This document shows positions 25,737-34,430 of a stretch of DNA of 64,000 nucleotides, piece by piece (position 1 is the stretch's first letter; the number at the start of each line of letters is the position of its first letter). The DNA is from Alphaproteobacteria bacterium (GTDB taxonomy: Bacteria > Pseudomonadota > Alphaproteobacteria > MPNO01): positions 672,001-736,000 of the forward strand of contig CBDFLJ010000001.1 of the NCBI GenBank assembly GCA_965248835.1, given 5' to 3'. The position numbers were made by a program, and so were the translations under genes. The notes under the pieces are model-generated. The model searched no databases, was not told where the DNA came from, and saw only the letters and a list, made by a program, of their open reading frames with translations.

Positions 25737-26825
25737 ATGGATTTCGGGTATTTCACGCTGAGCGACAACCATTACCGGAACAACCAGCGCACGGCGAACC
25801 AGTACATCCAGGACATAACCGAGGAGGCGATCTACGCCGAGCAGGTCGGGATGCATTCGGCGTGGATCGGCGAGCATCATTTCTCGACCTTGGGCTGCCT
25901 GTCCTGCCCGGACATCGTCCTGGGCTACGTCGCCGCGCGGACCGCCCACATCCGCCTCGCGCCGGCCGTCAACGTGCTGCCGCTGCACCACCCGATCCGT
26001 GTCGCCGAGCAATGGGCGACGCTCGACCTGCTGAGCGGCGGCCGGGTCGATTTCGCGACCGGGCGCGGCTACGACAAGCGCGAATACCTGCCGTTCAAGG
26101 CGCCCTACGAGAACAACACCGAAGCCTTCGCCGAGGGGCTGGAAGTGCTGGGGCGGCTGTGGACCGAGGCCGAGCCGGTCACCCACAAGGGGACGTTCTA
26201 CGCGTTCGAGAACATCTCGATCACGCCCAAGCCGGTCCAGGTGCCGCTGCCGATCTACGTCGCCTGCTTCTCCAGGCCGTCGATCGAGCTGGCCGGCCGG
26301 CTGGGCCACAACGCGGTCGTCGCGCCGTTCGCCGCGGCGATGCAGTTCGGCGGGCTCGCGGAGATGGCCGAGATCTACCACGAGTCCTGCGCCAAGCACG
26401 GCAACAGCCCGGGGCGCCTGATCTGCAGCTACTTCACCCACCTCGTCGACGGTGCCGAAGAGGATCACGCCGCCCGGGTGAGCCAGGTGCGCTACTTCCA
26501 GGAATGCTGCATCGAAGCGTTGCCGCAGGACCTCAAGACCGCGCCGCCGACCTATGCCTATTTCGTCGACATGGTGAAGAATTTGAAGTCGATGAAGCCC
26601 GAGAACCTGACCGACAAGTCGGTGCTTGTGGGCAGCCCCGACGCGATCACTCAGACGCTAAAGTCGGTCGAGGCCGCCGGGTTCGACGAGGTCATCCTCT
26701 ATTTCAACGTCGGGCTCAAGGCGCACGGCCGGGTCAAGGAGGAGATGCAGCGCTTCATGGAGGAGGTCGCCCCGGCGTTCGACGGCGACCACCGCCGCGC
26801 GAGCGCCCGGGTGGCGGCCGAATAG
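25737..26825 (+). CDS. luciferase-like (LLM class) flavin-dependent oxidoreductase
   Basis: WIGEHHF, HPIRVAEQWATLDLLSGGRVDFATGRGY, PKPVQ. Confidence 0.92.
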   Translation: MDFGYFTLSDNHYRNNQRTANQYIQDITEEAIYAEQVGMHSAWIGEHHFSTLGCLSCPDIVLGYVAARTAHIRLAPAVNVLPLHHPIRVAEQWATLDLLSGGRVDFATGRGYDKREYLPFKAPYENNTEAFAEGLEVLGRLWTEAEPVTHKGTFYAFENISITPKPVQVPLPIYVACFSRPSIELAGRLGHNAVVAPFAAAMQFGGLAEMAEIYHESCAKHGNSPGRLICSYFTHLVDGAEEDHAARVSQVRYFQECCIEALPQDLKTAPPTYAYFVDMVKNLKSMKPENLTDKSVLVGSPDAITQTLKSVEAAGFDEVILYFNVGLKAHGRVKEEMQRFMEEVAPAFDGDHRRASARVAAE

Positions 26826-26828
26826 CGC

Positions 26829-28313
26829 TCAGGACGCCGCGCTCAGACGCAGCCCCTTGGCTACGCAGGCGCGCTCGGCAAGCTCGAACAGGCCCTGGAC
26901 GAGCAGCGCGAGCAGCGCGGCCGGCACCGCGCCCTCGAGGATCAGCCCGGTGTCATCGAGCCGGATCCCGGTGAGGATCGGCTGGCCGTAGCCGCCGGCG
27001 CCGATCAGCGCGCCGAGCGTCGCCGTGCCGACATTGATCACCGCGGAGGTCTTGATGCCGGCGAGGATCGCGCGCGCGGCGATCGGCAACTCGACCAGGC
27101 GCAGCTTGGCCGCTTGCCCGAGCCCCAGGGCATCGGCCGATTCGATCACCGACGGCGCTATGTCGTGGAACCCGGCATGGGTGTTGCGGACGATCGGCAG
27201 CAGGCTGTAGAGGAAAAGGGCCACGACCGCCGGCGGGCCGCCGATGCCCAGAAGCGGGATCATGAACACGAACAGCGCAAGCGACGGGATCGTCTGCACG
27301 ATGCCGGTCACCGCCAGGATCACCTGGCCGGTCCGCGGCCGGCGCGCGGCGTAGACCCCGAGCGGCACCGAGACCCCGATCGCGGCACCCAGCGAGACGG
27401 CGACCAGGGCCAGATGCTCCAGCGTGTTGCGGACCAGCCGGTCGATGATATTCGACCCGGCGCCGCTGGCCGCCAGGCCGAGCTTCGACGCCAGGAAGTC
27501 GGCCGCGACCACCGCTTCGGGTTCGCGGTCGAGCTTGACGCGCCTGTTGAGCCCGGCCATTGCAGTCTCGTCGATCAGCCCGGCCAGACGGGCGAAGGCG
27601 GCCGCCACATCGGGCGCCCGCGCCGCCAGATCCCGGCGGTGGACGATAACCGCCTTGTAGATCGGGAAATAGCCAAGGTCGTCGACGAGCAGCCTGAGGC
27701 GGTAATAGCTGATCTCGGCATCGGTGGTGTAGACGTCCATCGCATCGATGCTGCCAGCCTCGAGCCCGCGATAGGCCAGGTCGTGGTCGAGCCCGCGGAC
27801 CTCGGACTGCGGCAGGCGGTAGCGGGCCTTGAGCCCGGGCCAGCCGTCGTGGCGGTCCATGAACTCGTTGCCGAACCCGAACCGGAGTCCGGCGTGGCCG
27901 CGCAGATCCGAGATCCTTGAAATGCCCAGGCGGTCGGCGTGCTGGGGAGGCATGCCGATCGCATAGGTGTTGTTGAACCCCAGCGGTGCGCCCATGACGA
28001 TGCCCAGCGGCGCCAGCGCGCCCCGGATCGCATCCTCGCCGGCGAGGCCCCGCCCGGCCAGGATCTCCTGGCTCAGCGTGCCGGTATATTCGACATAGGC
28101 GTCGATATCGCCGCGCTTGAGCGCCTCCCACAACACGCGGGTGCCACCGAGTTCGCGGCGATGGTGCGCCTGCGCCCCTGCGCCGGTCGCGAGCTGGACC
28201 AGCATCTCGCCCAGGATCACCGACTCGGTGAATTTTTTCGAGCCGATGCGGATGTCCTGGCCCAGCGCCGCGGTGCTTGCGAACACCAGGACGGCGAGCA
28301 GGAGCCTCAGCAT
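26829..28313 (-). CDS. glycine betaine/choline-type ABC transporter, fused substrate-binding protein and permease
   Basis: Signal peptide, GSKKFTES, EYTGT, FNNTYA; C-terminal TIPSLAL, LYSLLPIVRNT, GAGGYG. Confidence 0.92.
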   Translation of the reverse strand: MLRLLLAVLVFASTAALGQDIRIGSKKFTESVILGEMLVQLATGAGAQAHHRRELGGTRVLWEALKRGDIDAYVEYTGTLSQEILAGRGLAGEDAIRGALAPLGIVMGAPLGFNNTYAIGMPPQHADRLGISRISDLRGHAGLRFGFGNEFMDRHDGWPGLKARYRLPQSEVRGLDHDLAYRGLEAGSIDAMDVYTTDAEISYYRLRLLVDDLGYFPIYKAVIVHRRDLAARAPDVAAAFARLAGLIDETAMAGLNRRVKLDREPEAVVAADFLASKLGLAASGAGSNIIDRLVRNTLEHLALVAVSLGAAIGVSVPLGVYAARRPRTGQVILAVTGIVQTIPSLALFVFMIPLLGIGGPPAVVALFLYSLLPIVRNTHAGFHDIAPSVIESADALGLGQAAKLRLVELPIAARAILAGIKTSAVINVGTATLGALIGAGGYGQPILTGIRLDDTGLILEGAVPAALLALLVQGLFELAERACVAKGLRLSAAS

Positions 28314-29059
28314 CGCCGGTCCTCCAGCGCCTGGATCAGCCCGCGCTGGGCGGTCACGAAACGCTCGACGAAGGGCTCGGCCGGGGTGCCGATCAACGCC
28401 TCGATCGTTCCCTGCTGGACGATCCGACCCTCACGCAGCAGCACGATGCGGTCGCCGAAATAGCCGGCCTCGCCGATGTCGTGCGTGACCAGGACGACGG
28501 TCTTGGCAAGCCGGCGGAAGATCTCGCGCAGCTCGGCCTGCAGGTCGTAGCGGATCATCGGATCCAGCGCGCCCAGCGGCTCATCCAGCAGCAGCACGTC
28601 GGGGTCCAGCATCAGCGCGCGCATCAGGCTCACCCGCTGGCGCTGGCCGCCCGAAAGCTGCGCCGGAAACCGATCGAGCCCGTCGACCGGGAACGCGGTG
28701 AGCGCGCTCAGCGCCATCAGCCGGTCCTGGATGCGCCCGGCAGGCCAGCCGACGTGCCGCGCCATCAGGCACACGTTGCCGCGCGCGGTCAGATGGGGAA
28801 ACAGGCCGCCGTCCTGGATGACGTAGCCCATGCGCCGGCGCAGCGCGGACGCGTTTTCCGGCCCGACCCGCTGACCGGCGAACCGGACCTCGCCCTGATC
28901 GGCGCGCACCAGCCCGATCATCAGCCGCAGCAGGGTCGACTTGCCGCAGCCCGACGGCCCGATCAGGACCGTCGTGGCGCCGACATCGATCTCCAGATCG
29001 ACGGGGCCGAGCACCCGCGCGCCGGAGAACGTTTTTTCCACCCCGCTCAGCGTGAACAT
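28307..29059 (-). CDS. osmoprotectant ABC transporter ATP-binding subunit
   Basis: GPSGCGKST, LSGGQRQRV, LLDEP, VTHD. Confidence 0.94.
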   Translation of the reverse strand: MFTLSGVEKTFSGARVLGPVDLEIDVGATTVLIGPSGCGKSTLLRLMIGLVRADQGEVRFAGQRVGPENASALRRRMGYVIQDGGLFPHLTARGNVCLMARHVGWPAGRIQDRLMALSALTAFPVDGLDRFPAQLSGGQRQRVSLMRALMLDPDVLLLDEPLGALDPMIRYDLQAELREIFRRLAKTVVLVTHDIGEAGYFGDRIVLLREGRIVQQGTIEALIGTPAEPFVERFVTAQRGLIQALEDRRC

Positions 29060-29072
29060 GGCGCGTCCCCGA

Positions 29073-30053
29073 TCAGCTATCCCACGTCGTGTCGTGGAAC
29101 AGGCTGTCGACGCTGACCGGCGCTTCGATCAGGCGCTGGTCGTGGGCGTAGGAGATGAACCGTTCGAGGTTCGCGCGGTTGGCGGCGATGCCCGACGGCC
29201 AGGGGTCCGGCCCCATGGCAGCGACCTGGTCCTCGAAGTCGTTGCGGGCGAATGCGAGGCTCGCATAGCCCGGATCCTCGTAGAACGCCCGTGCCTGGGT
29301 CTTGGCGTCCTCCCACATATCCATCAGTGCGCGGGCGAGCCAGGGATGTTGCTCGATCAGCGCACGCCTGAACGCGAACAGGTGCATGATCGGGTAGTAG
29401 CCGTGTTTGGCGTAATAGGCCATCGCCTCGGCGCGGCGGTCGGGGAACAGCGTGCGCACCCGGTCCCCGGCCTCCAGCACGGAAGGCGGCGGGTGGGGAT
29501 GGATCATCGCATCGGCCGCGCCCTCGACGAGCATCCGGCCGACATCGACGTCCGGTCCGACGCGCTCGACCTCCAGGCCCCTGTCGTCGGCCAGCGGCAG
29601 GGCCTCCTCGGAGCTGACGATCCAGCGGATCCTGTCCCACGCTACGCCGTATTCGAACTTCAAATCGCCCAGCGCCAGCACCGACATCGTGGTCTGGAAG
29701 GTCCGCACGATGACCCGTCTGCCGATCAGGTCGGCGGGTTTGTCGATGCCGGAAGCCGCGTTGACGAAAATATGGTTCTGCGAGAACAGCCGACGCGGGA
29801 AGACCGGGATGCCGACGAATGGCGCGCCGCGGCTGACGGCCATGATGTGCGAGCACAGCGAGGTCTCGGCGATGTCGAACTCGCCATCCCGGAGGAACCG
29901 GCGGTGGCGGTCGATGCCGTCACGCCGCGGCGGCGCCATGCCGACCTCCAGCGGCCGCAGCCGCAGGCCCTCGGGCGGGCTGAGCGTGCCCATGAAGAAC
30001 GGCACGTGCCGATCGTAGCGTTCGAGCGCGATCGAGAGGTCGAGATCTGCCAT
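29073..30053 (-). CDS. 4,5-dihydroxyphthalate decarboxylase (PhtD)-like / PBP-fold protein
   Basis: YDRH, EFDIAETS, IPVFPRRLF, YPIMH, DPWPSGI..NR..LE; no signal peptide. Confidence 0.7.
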   Translation of the reverse strand: MADLDLSIALERYDRHVPFFMGTLSPPEGLRLRPLEVGMAPPRRDGIDRHRRFLRDGEFDIAETSLCSHIMAVSRGAPFVGIPVFPRRLFSQNHIFVNAASGIDKPADLIGRRVIVRTFQTTMSVLALGDLKFEYGVAWDRIRWIVSSEEALPLADDRGLEVERVGPDVDVGRMLVEGAADAMIHPHPPPSVLEAGDRVRTLFPDRRAEAMAYYAKHGYYPIMHLFAFRRALIEQHPWLARALMDMWEDAKTQARAFYEDPGYASLAFARNDFEDQVAAMGPDPWPSGIAANRANLERFISYAHDQRLIEAPVSVDSLFHDTTWDS

Positions 30054-30089
30054 CGCTTGTTCCCCCCGCAGGTCCGGTCCGGTTGCCGA

Positions 30090-31268
30090 TTATCGCTGCC
30101 GTGCGAGGAAGACGATACCGATCGTGAGCACGCTGAACAGGGCGGCGATCCAGAAGACGCCTTCCGGCGCGCCGCGGTCCATCACCCAGCCGTAGAGGAT
30201 CGGCGCGGTTCCCATGCCGACGTTGAACCCGGTGGTGACGAAGCCGAACACCGCCCCGGTCGCGCCCGCCGGGACGTGGCTGCGCAACAGGATATCGCGG
30301 CTGGGATTGACCACGCCGCGGAAGATCCCGGCGATCAAGAACGCGATCACCACGACCCAGAAGGCGATCGCGCCGGTTGCGATCGCCATCAGCAGCAAGG
30401 CGACGATGGCGTAGCTGATGCCGAGCACGGCATCATGGCGGCCCCAGCGGTCGGCGACGAACCCGCCCGCGGCGACGCCGAGGCCGATGAAGACGTAATA
30501 GACAGTCAGCACCCCGCCGGCGAGCTCCTGGCCCACGTCGTACAGGTCGATGAAGGCGACGATCGAGAACGCGCTCAGACCGGAGCCGGCCGCCGCCGAG
30601 AGGACGTAGAATCCGAAAAAGGCAAGGATCGTCGGATTGACGATGATGCCGAGGTCGATCTTCGGCCGTCTGGTCTCGCCCGGCCGGTCGTCGCGGAGCG
30701 CGCCCAGGACCGGCAACATCATCGCGGCGAGCGCGATGCCTGCCATCCCGGCCACAACCAGTGCCGTTCGCCAGTCCCAAATGCCGGCCAGGAACAGCAG
30801 CGTCACCGGTGCCGCGGCGAAGCCCAGCGATCCGCTCAGCGAATGGGCGCTGAACGCGCGGCCCATGCGGCTTTCGGTGATCGAGGACGACAGAATCGCG
30901 AAATCGGCCGGATGGAAAACGCTGTTGCCGACCCCGGCGAGGACCAGCGCCGCAACGATCTGCCAATAGGACTCGGCCGCACCGACGGCGACGAACGCCA
31001 GGCCGTTGAGGAACAGTCCGGCGACCAGCACCCAACGCGCGCCGATGCGGTCGACCAGGAAGCCCACCGGTGTCTGCAGGCACGCGGTCGCGATGTTGTA
31101 GGCCGCCACGGCCGCGCCCAGCGCGGTGAAGCTCACCTCGATATCGGCGCGGATCAGGTGGAACAGCGGCGGCAGGGCGAGCTGGTAGAAATGGCTCAGG
31201 AAATGGCCGGGGCAGACCAGCCCCAGCGTCCGGATGTCGCTGCCGAGCGCCTTTGAGGTGGCGACCAT
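30090..31268 (-). CDS. MFS transporter (Fsr-like)
   Basis: HFLSHFY, GFLVDRIGAR, GNSVFHP; multiple TM segments. Confidence 0.92.
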   Translation of the reverse strand: MVATSKALGSDIRTLGLVCPGHFLSHFYQLALPPLFHLIRADIEVSFTALGAAVAAYNIATACLQTPVGFLVDRIGARWVLVAGLFLNGLAFVAVGAAESYWQIVAALVLAGVGNSVFHPADFAILSSSITESRMGRAFSAHSLSGSLGFAAAPVTLLFLAGIWDWRTALVVAGMAGIALAAMMLPVLGALRDDRPGETRRPKIDLGIIVNPTILAFFGFYVLSAAAGSGLSAFSIVAFIDLYDVGQELAGGVLTVYYVFIGLGVAAGGFVADRWGRHDAVLGISYAIVALLLMAIATGAIAFWVVVIAFLIAGIFRGVVNPSRDILLRSHVPAGATGAVFGFVTTGFNVGMGTAPILYGWVMDRGAPEGVFWIAALFSVLTIGIVFLARQR

Positions 31269-31296
31269 GACCGGCTCCCGCGACGGCGGGCCGGGG

Positions 31297-31458
31297 CTAG
31301 CGCCTGCGGCAGGTCACAACCGCAAGCCCGACGGCCAGCGCGACCGCAAGGCCCGCCCAGGCCTCGGTTCCGGTGACGCCTTCGTGATGGGCCGCGGCCA
31401 GGCCCGGCGCGAATGTCGCCACGGCGGCAATGAGCGGGATCGGGAAACGCTTCGTCAT
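31297..31458 (-). CDS. 53-aa small exported/membrane protein (below ORF-track cutoff)
   Basis: MTKRFPIPLIAAVATFAPGLAAAHHEGVTGTEAWAGLAVALAVGLAVVTCRRR; fills the gap between co-oriented genes. Confidence 0.65.
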   Translation of the reverse strand: MTKRFPIPLIAAVATFAPGLAAAHHEGVTGTEAWAGLAVALAVGLAVVTCRRR

Positions 31459-31494
31459 TCGCACTTTCGACACCTTGGGTTGGATGATTTCGCT

Positions 31495-33051
31495 CTAACG
31501 GCCGAGATGGGCTGCCGCGCTCGCATCGGCGCTCGCATCGGGCGTGGAAAAGAGCAGCGACTTGATGATCAGCGGGACCACCTCGGTCGGGTGGATCATC
31601 GCGCCGATGTCGACATAGTCGAGGTCCTTGAGCTGGACCCCATCGACGGAAACGATGTCGACGCCGATGGCGAGTTCGTCCTTGAGGATGTGGCCGATCG
31701 TCCCGCCGGCATCGCCTTCCATCATCAGCACGACGGGACGGCGGTTGCCGATCACCCGGGCCAGCCCGGTGCGGATTCCGCTCGCCAGGTGGTGCAGCCG
31801 AGCATGGAGAGGCAGCCCGGCCCACTTGAAGGCAAGCGCGACGTTGGTGTCTTCGGGCTGGATGTCGTTGCGCGCCAGCGCGGCGGCGATCTCGGCTGCG
31901 ACCGCCGCCGGGTCGATGTCGCCGGAAAGATCGGTCCGGATGCGCACCACCGGCACGTTGCGCAGCGGCAGCACGTCCTCGCTTGAGACCATGATCGTGT
32001 TGCCCGAGACCTGGACCGAGAACTGCGAGGCGCCGACGACCGTCGCCCGGATGCCCTGGCCTGGATCGTAGACCGGATAGGGGATGCGCTTGTCGGTGAG
32101 CGCGTGGTGGAGATGATGGGCAAGCGCCTTGCCGAGGTCGCCGTGGGGGGCGGCCTCGCGCTCATAGATATATTCCGAGACCCCGCCGGAGAAGGCGATG
32201 ACCTCGGGCCTGATCCCGTTCTCCAGCGGCGGGGTGACCATGAGCGCACCGGCGAGATCGTCGGGCTCTTCCTGGCGGATGAAGCCGACCAGCACGTCGA
32301 CCATGCGCAAGACCAGCGCACGCCGGTCCTGCGGGCTCAGCTTGCCGCCCGGCGCAAGCTCCAGACCCGCATCGCGCGCGACCTCGACCGCCGGGCCCTC
32401 GATGCGCACCAACCTGTCATCGTCGTCGAACGCGACCAGGCGGCCGCCGATCGCGAACGCCGCCGTGGAGACGATCTCGCCGTTCCGGCACAGCGCGAGC
32501 TTGGTCGTTCCGCCGCCGACATCGACGTTGAGGAAGACCTTGCCCTCGGACCGGGACAGCTTGACCGCGCCCGAGCCGTGGGCGGCCATCACGGCCTCCA
32601 GGTTATGGCCGGCCGAGGCGCAGACGAACTTCCCGGTCTCCTCGGCAAACAGATCGGCTATCGCGCGCGCGTTGACCCGCTTGAGCGCCTCGCCGGTGAG
32701 GATCACCGCGCCGCTGTCGATGTCGGCGGGCGTGAGCGCCGCCTTCTCGAAGGCATCGGCGAAAAAGCCCTTCAGCGCCCCGGCGTCGATGGTGTAGTCG
32801 GGCCTGTAGGGCGTCAGCAGGATCGGCGAGCGCCACAGGATTTCCCGGTCGACCACCACGAAGCGGCTGGACAGCGCCTCGGACAACCGCTGCAGGTGGA
32901 CCCGGGCGAACATCAGGTGCGAGGTCGAGGACCCGACATCGACGCCGACGGTGGTCAGCTCGACATTGTCGGCCCGCCAGATCGTGTCCCTGATGAACTC
33001 GGCCTCACGCTCCGAAGCCGGGTGAAAATGTGCGTAATCGAGCTCGTGCAT
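31495..33051 (-). CDS. EutA-like ASKHA-fold ATPase (ethanolamine ammonia-lyase reactivase family)
   Basis: VGVDVGSSTSH, GAVILTGE, FVCASAG..LEA..AAHGSG, NVDVGGGTT, FSGGV, IRATVVGA; ATG at 33051. Confidence 0.85.
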   Translation of the reverse strand: MHELDYAHFHPASEREAEFIRDTIWRADNVELTTVGVDVGSSTSHLMFARVHLQRLSEALSSRFVVVDREILWRSPILLTPYRPDYTIDAGALKGFFADAFEKAALTPADIDSGAVILTGEALKRVNARAIADLFAEETGKFVCASAGHNLEAVMAAHGSGAVKLSRSEGKVFLNVDVGGGTTKLALCRNGEIVSTAAFAIGGRLVAFDDDDRLVRIEGPAVEVARDAGLELAPGGKLSPQDRRALVLRMVDVLVGFIRQEEPDDLAGALMVTPPLENGIRPEVIAFSGGVSEYIYEREAAPHGDLGKALAHHLHHALTDKRIPYPVYDPGQGIRATVVGASQFSVQVSGNTIMVSSEDVLPLRNVPVVRIRTDLSGDIDPAAVAAEIAAALARNDIQPEDTNVALAFKWAGLPLHARLHHLASGIRTGLARVIGNRRPVVLMMEGDAGGTIGHILKDELAIGVDIVSVDGVQLKDLDYVDIGAMIHPTEVVPLIIKSLLFSTPDASADASAAAHLGR

Positions 33052-33074
33052 CGACCTGATGGTTCTCTGCCGGC

Positions 33075-34199
33075 CTACTCGGCGGCCAGATACCGGGTTT
33101 CGTCGATCAGGTTGCCCATGCGCGACTCGACACCGTTCCTGGCAAGCGACTCGAGGAACAGCTTGTGGACCCTGGGGTCCTGGTCCTTGTATTCGATCTG
33201 GTCGCCGCCGTTCTTGACGTCGACATCGCCGCCGGCGAACAGACGCCGCTTGGACTCGGTCAGCGGATAGCGCAACGAGCCGAAGGCCACCGGGAAGTAC
33301 CGGGCCGGGCCGGCGGATGCGTTGAAATGCTGGTGGAACATCATATCGGCCGGCGCGAACACCACGCCGTGCTTCCACGGGTAGTGCATCATCTCCTCGT
33401 CGCCTTCCCACCAGCACAGCGAATAGCCCTCGCCGGTCACCCAGTAGACATGGAAGTCCGGTCCGTGGCGGTGCGCCTTCTTGTAGGTGCCGGCCGGCAT
33501 CTCCGAGCAGTGGGCGTGCATGGTGCCCTCGGCCAGGATGAACATGATGTTGGAGCTGCCCTCGCCGCGCTCGGGCCATTCGCGCAGCTCGAACTTGGAG
33601 ACGTCGGGGACGAAGTTGGTCTCCCACATGTGCTTGCCCGGCCGCTTGGCGACGAAATCGCCCTCGCCCGCGAAGTGGTTCGCTCCGCCCTCGCGCTCGG
33701 GGAAGCGGCACGGGTTGTCGAAGATGAACGCCTCGTTGTGGAAGCAGTTCATCATCAGCGGCGCCGACGTCGAGGCCGCGAGCTTGGCGTTCTCGGTGCC
33801 CGATCCGTTGAAGTGGCGGTACTTGCAGTTCAGCGGCAGGGCGAAGACGGACTTGGGCCCCCATTCGAAGCTGTGAGTCCGGCCGTCGGCGGTCTCCACC
33901 GTGGTGCTGCCGCGGCCCGACAGGACGTAGATGACCTCTTCGAACAGGTGCTGCTGCGGCTCGGTGGCCTGGCCTGGCAGGAGCTCGAGCAGGAACACCG
34001 ACATGAAGTCGCCGCGGCCCTTCAGGTGGACGAAGGCGGCGTTGCAGCCGTAGCGCGGCCACGGCGCGGTCGCGACATCGAAAAGGTCGACGCAGAACTC
34101 CTCGGCAATCGGCGGGCCTTCCTTCCCGCACCACAGAAGGTAGGTGTCCTCGAGGAACCCCTGGCCGGTGATGTCCCGGTCGTTCTCGTAGATCGCCAT
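33075..34199 (-). CDS. bicupin protein
   Basis: QHLFEEVIYVLSGRG (cupin 1) and KAHRHGP...GEGYS...FHQHFN (cupin 2 with His ligands); GGAGG before ATG 34199. Confidence 0.85.
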   Translation of the reverse strand: MAIYENDRDITGQGFLEDTYLLWCGKEGPPIAEEFCVDLFDVATAPWPRYGCNAAFVHLKGRGDFMSVFLLELLPGQATEPQQHLFEEVIYVLSGRGSTTVETADGRTHSFEWGPKSVFALPLNCKYRHFNGSGTENAKLAASTSAPLMMNCFHNEAFIFDNPCRFPEREGGANHFAGEGDFVAKRPGKHMWETNFVPDVSKFELREWPERGEGSSNIMFILAEGTMHAHCSEMPAGTYKKAHRHGPDFHVYWVTGEGYSLCWWEGDEEMMHYPWKHGVVFAPADMMFHQHFNASAGPARYFPVAFGSLRYPLTESKRRLFAGGDVDVKNGGDQIEYKDQDPRVHKLFLESLARNGVESRMGNLIDETRYLAAE

Positions 34200-34430
34200 G
34201 CCGTCAGCCTCCATCATCGCCCGCGGCGGCACCGGCGGGCCACGCGCGAGTCTATCGCGGCGCCAGGCTGCCCCGAAGGATTTATTGCCGTTAAGTGGCA
34301 GAGCGGATTGCTATGGCAGCCGGGTCATCGCCGGGGCCGGCCGCAATCCTGGTCGCCGCCCACCCGTCGCGTCGCGCGGCGCCAGCGCCTAATATCGCGC
34401 TCAACGAGGCCGCATCTAAGGGGGTAAGGC

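Noticed and set aside
31495-34134. 879-aa ORF suggesting a cupin-EutA fusion
   Set aside because: The N-terminal part is an off-frame shadow of the cupin, which has its own stop at 33075; the EutA-like gene starts at 33051
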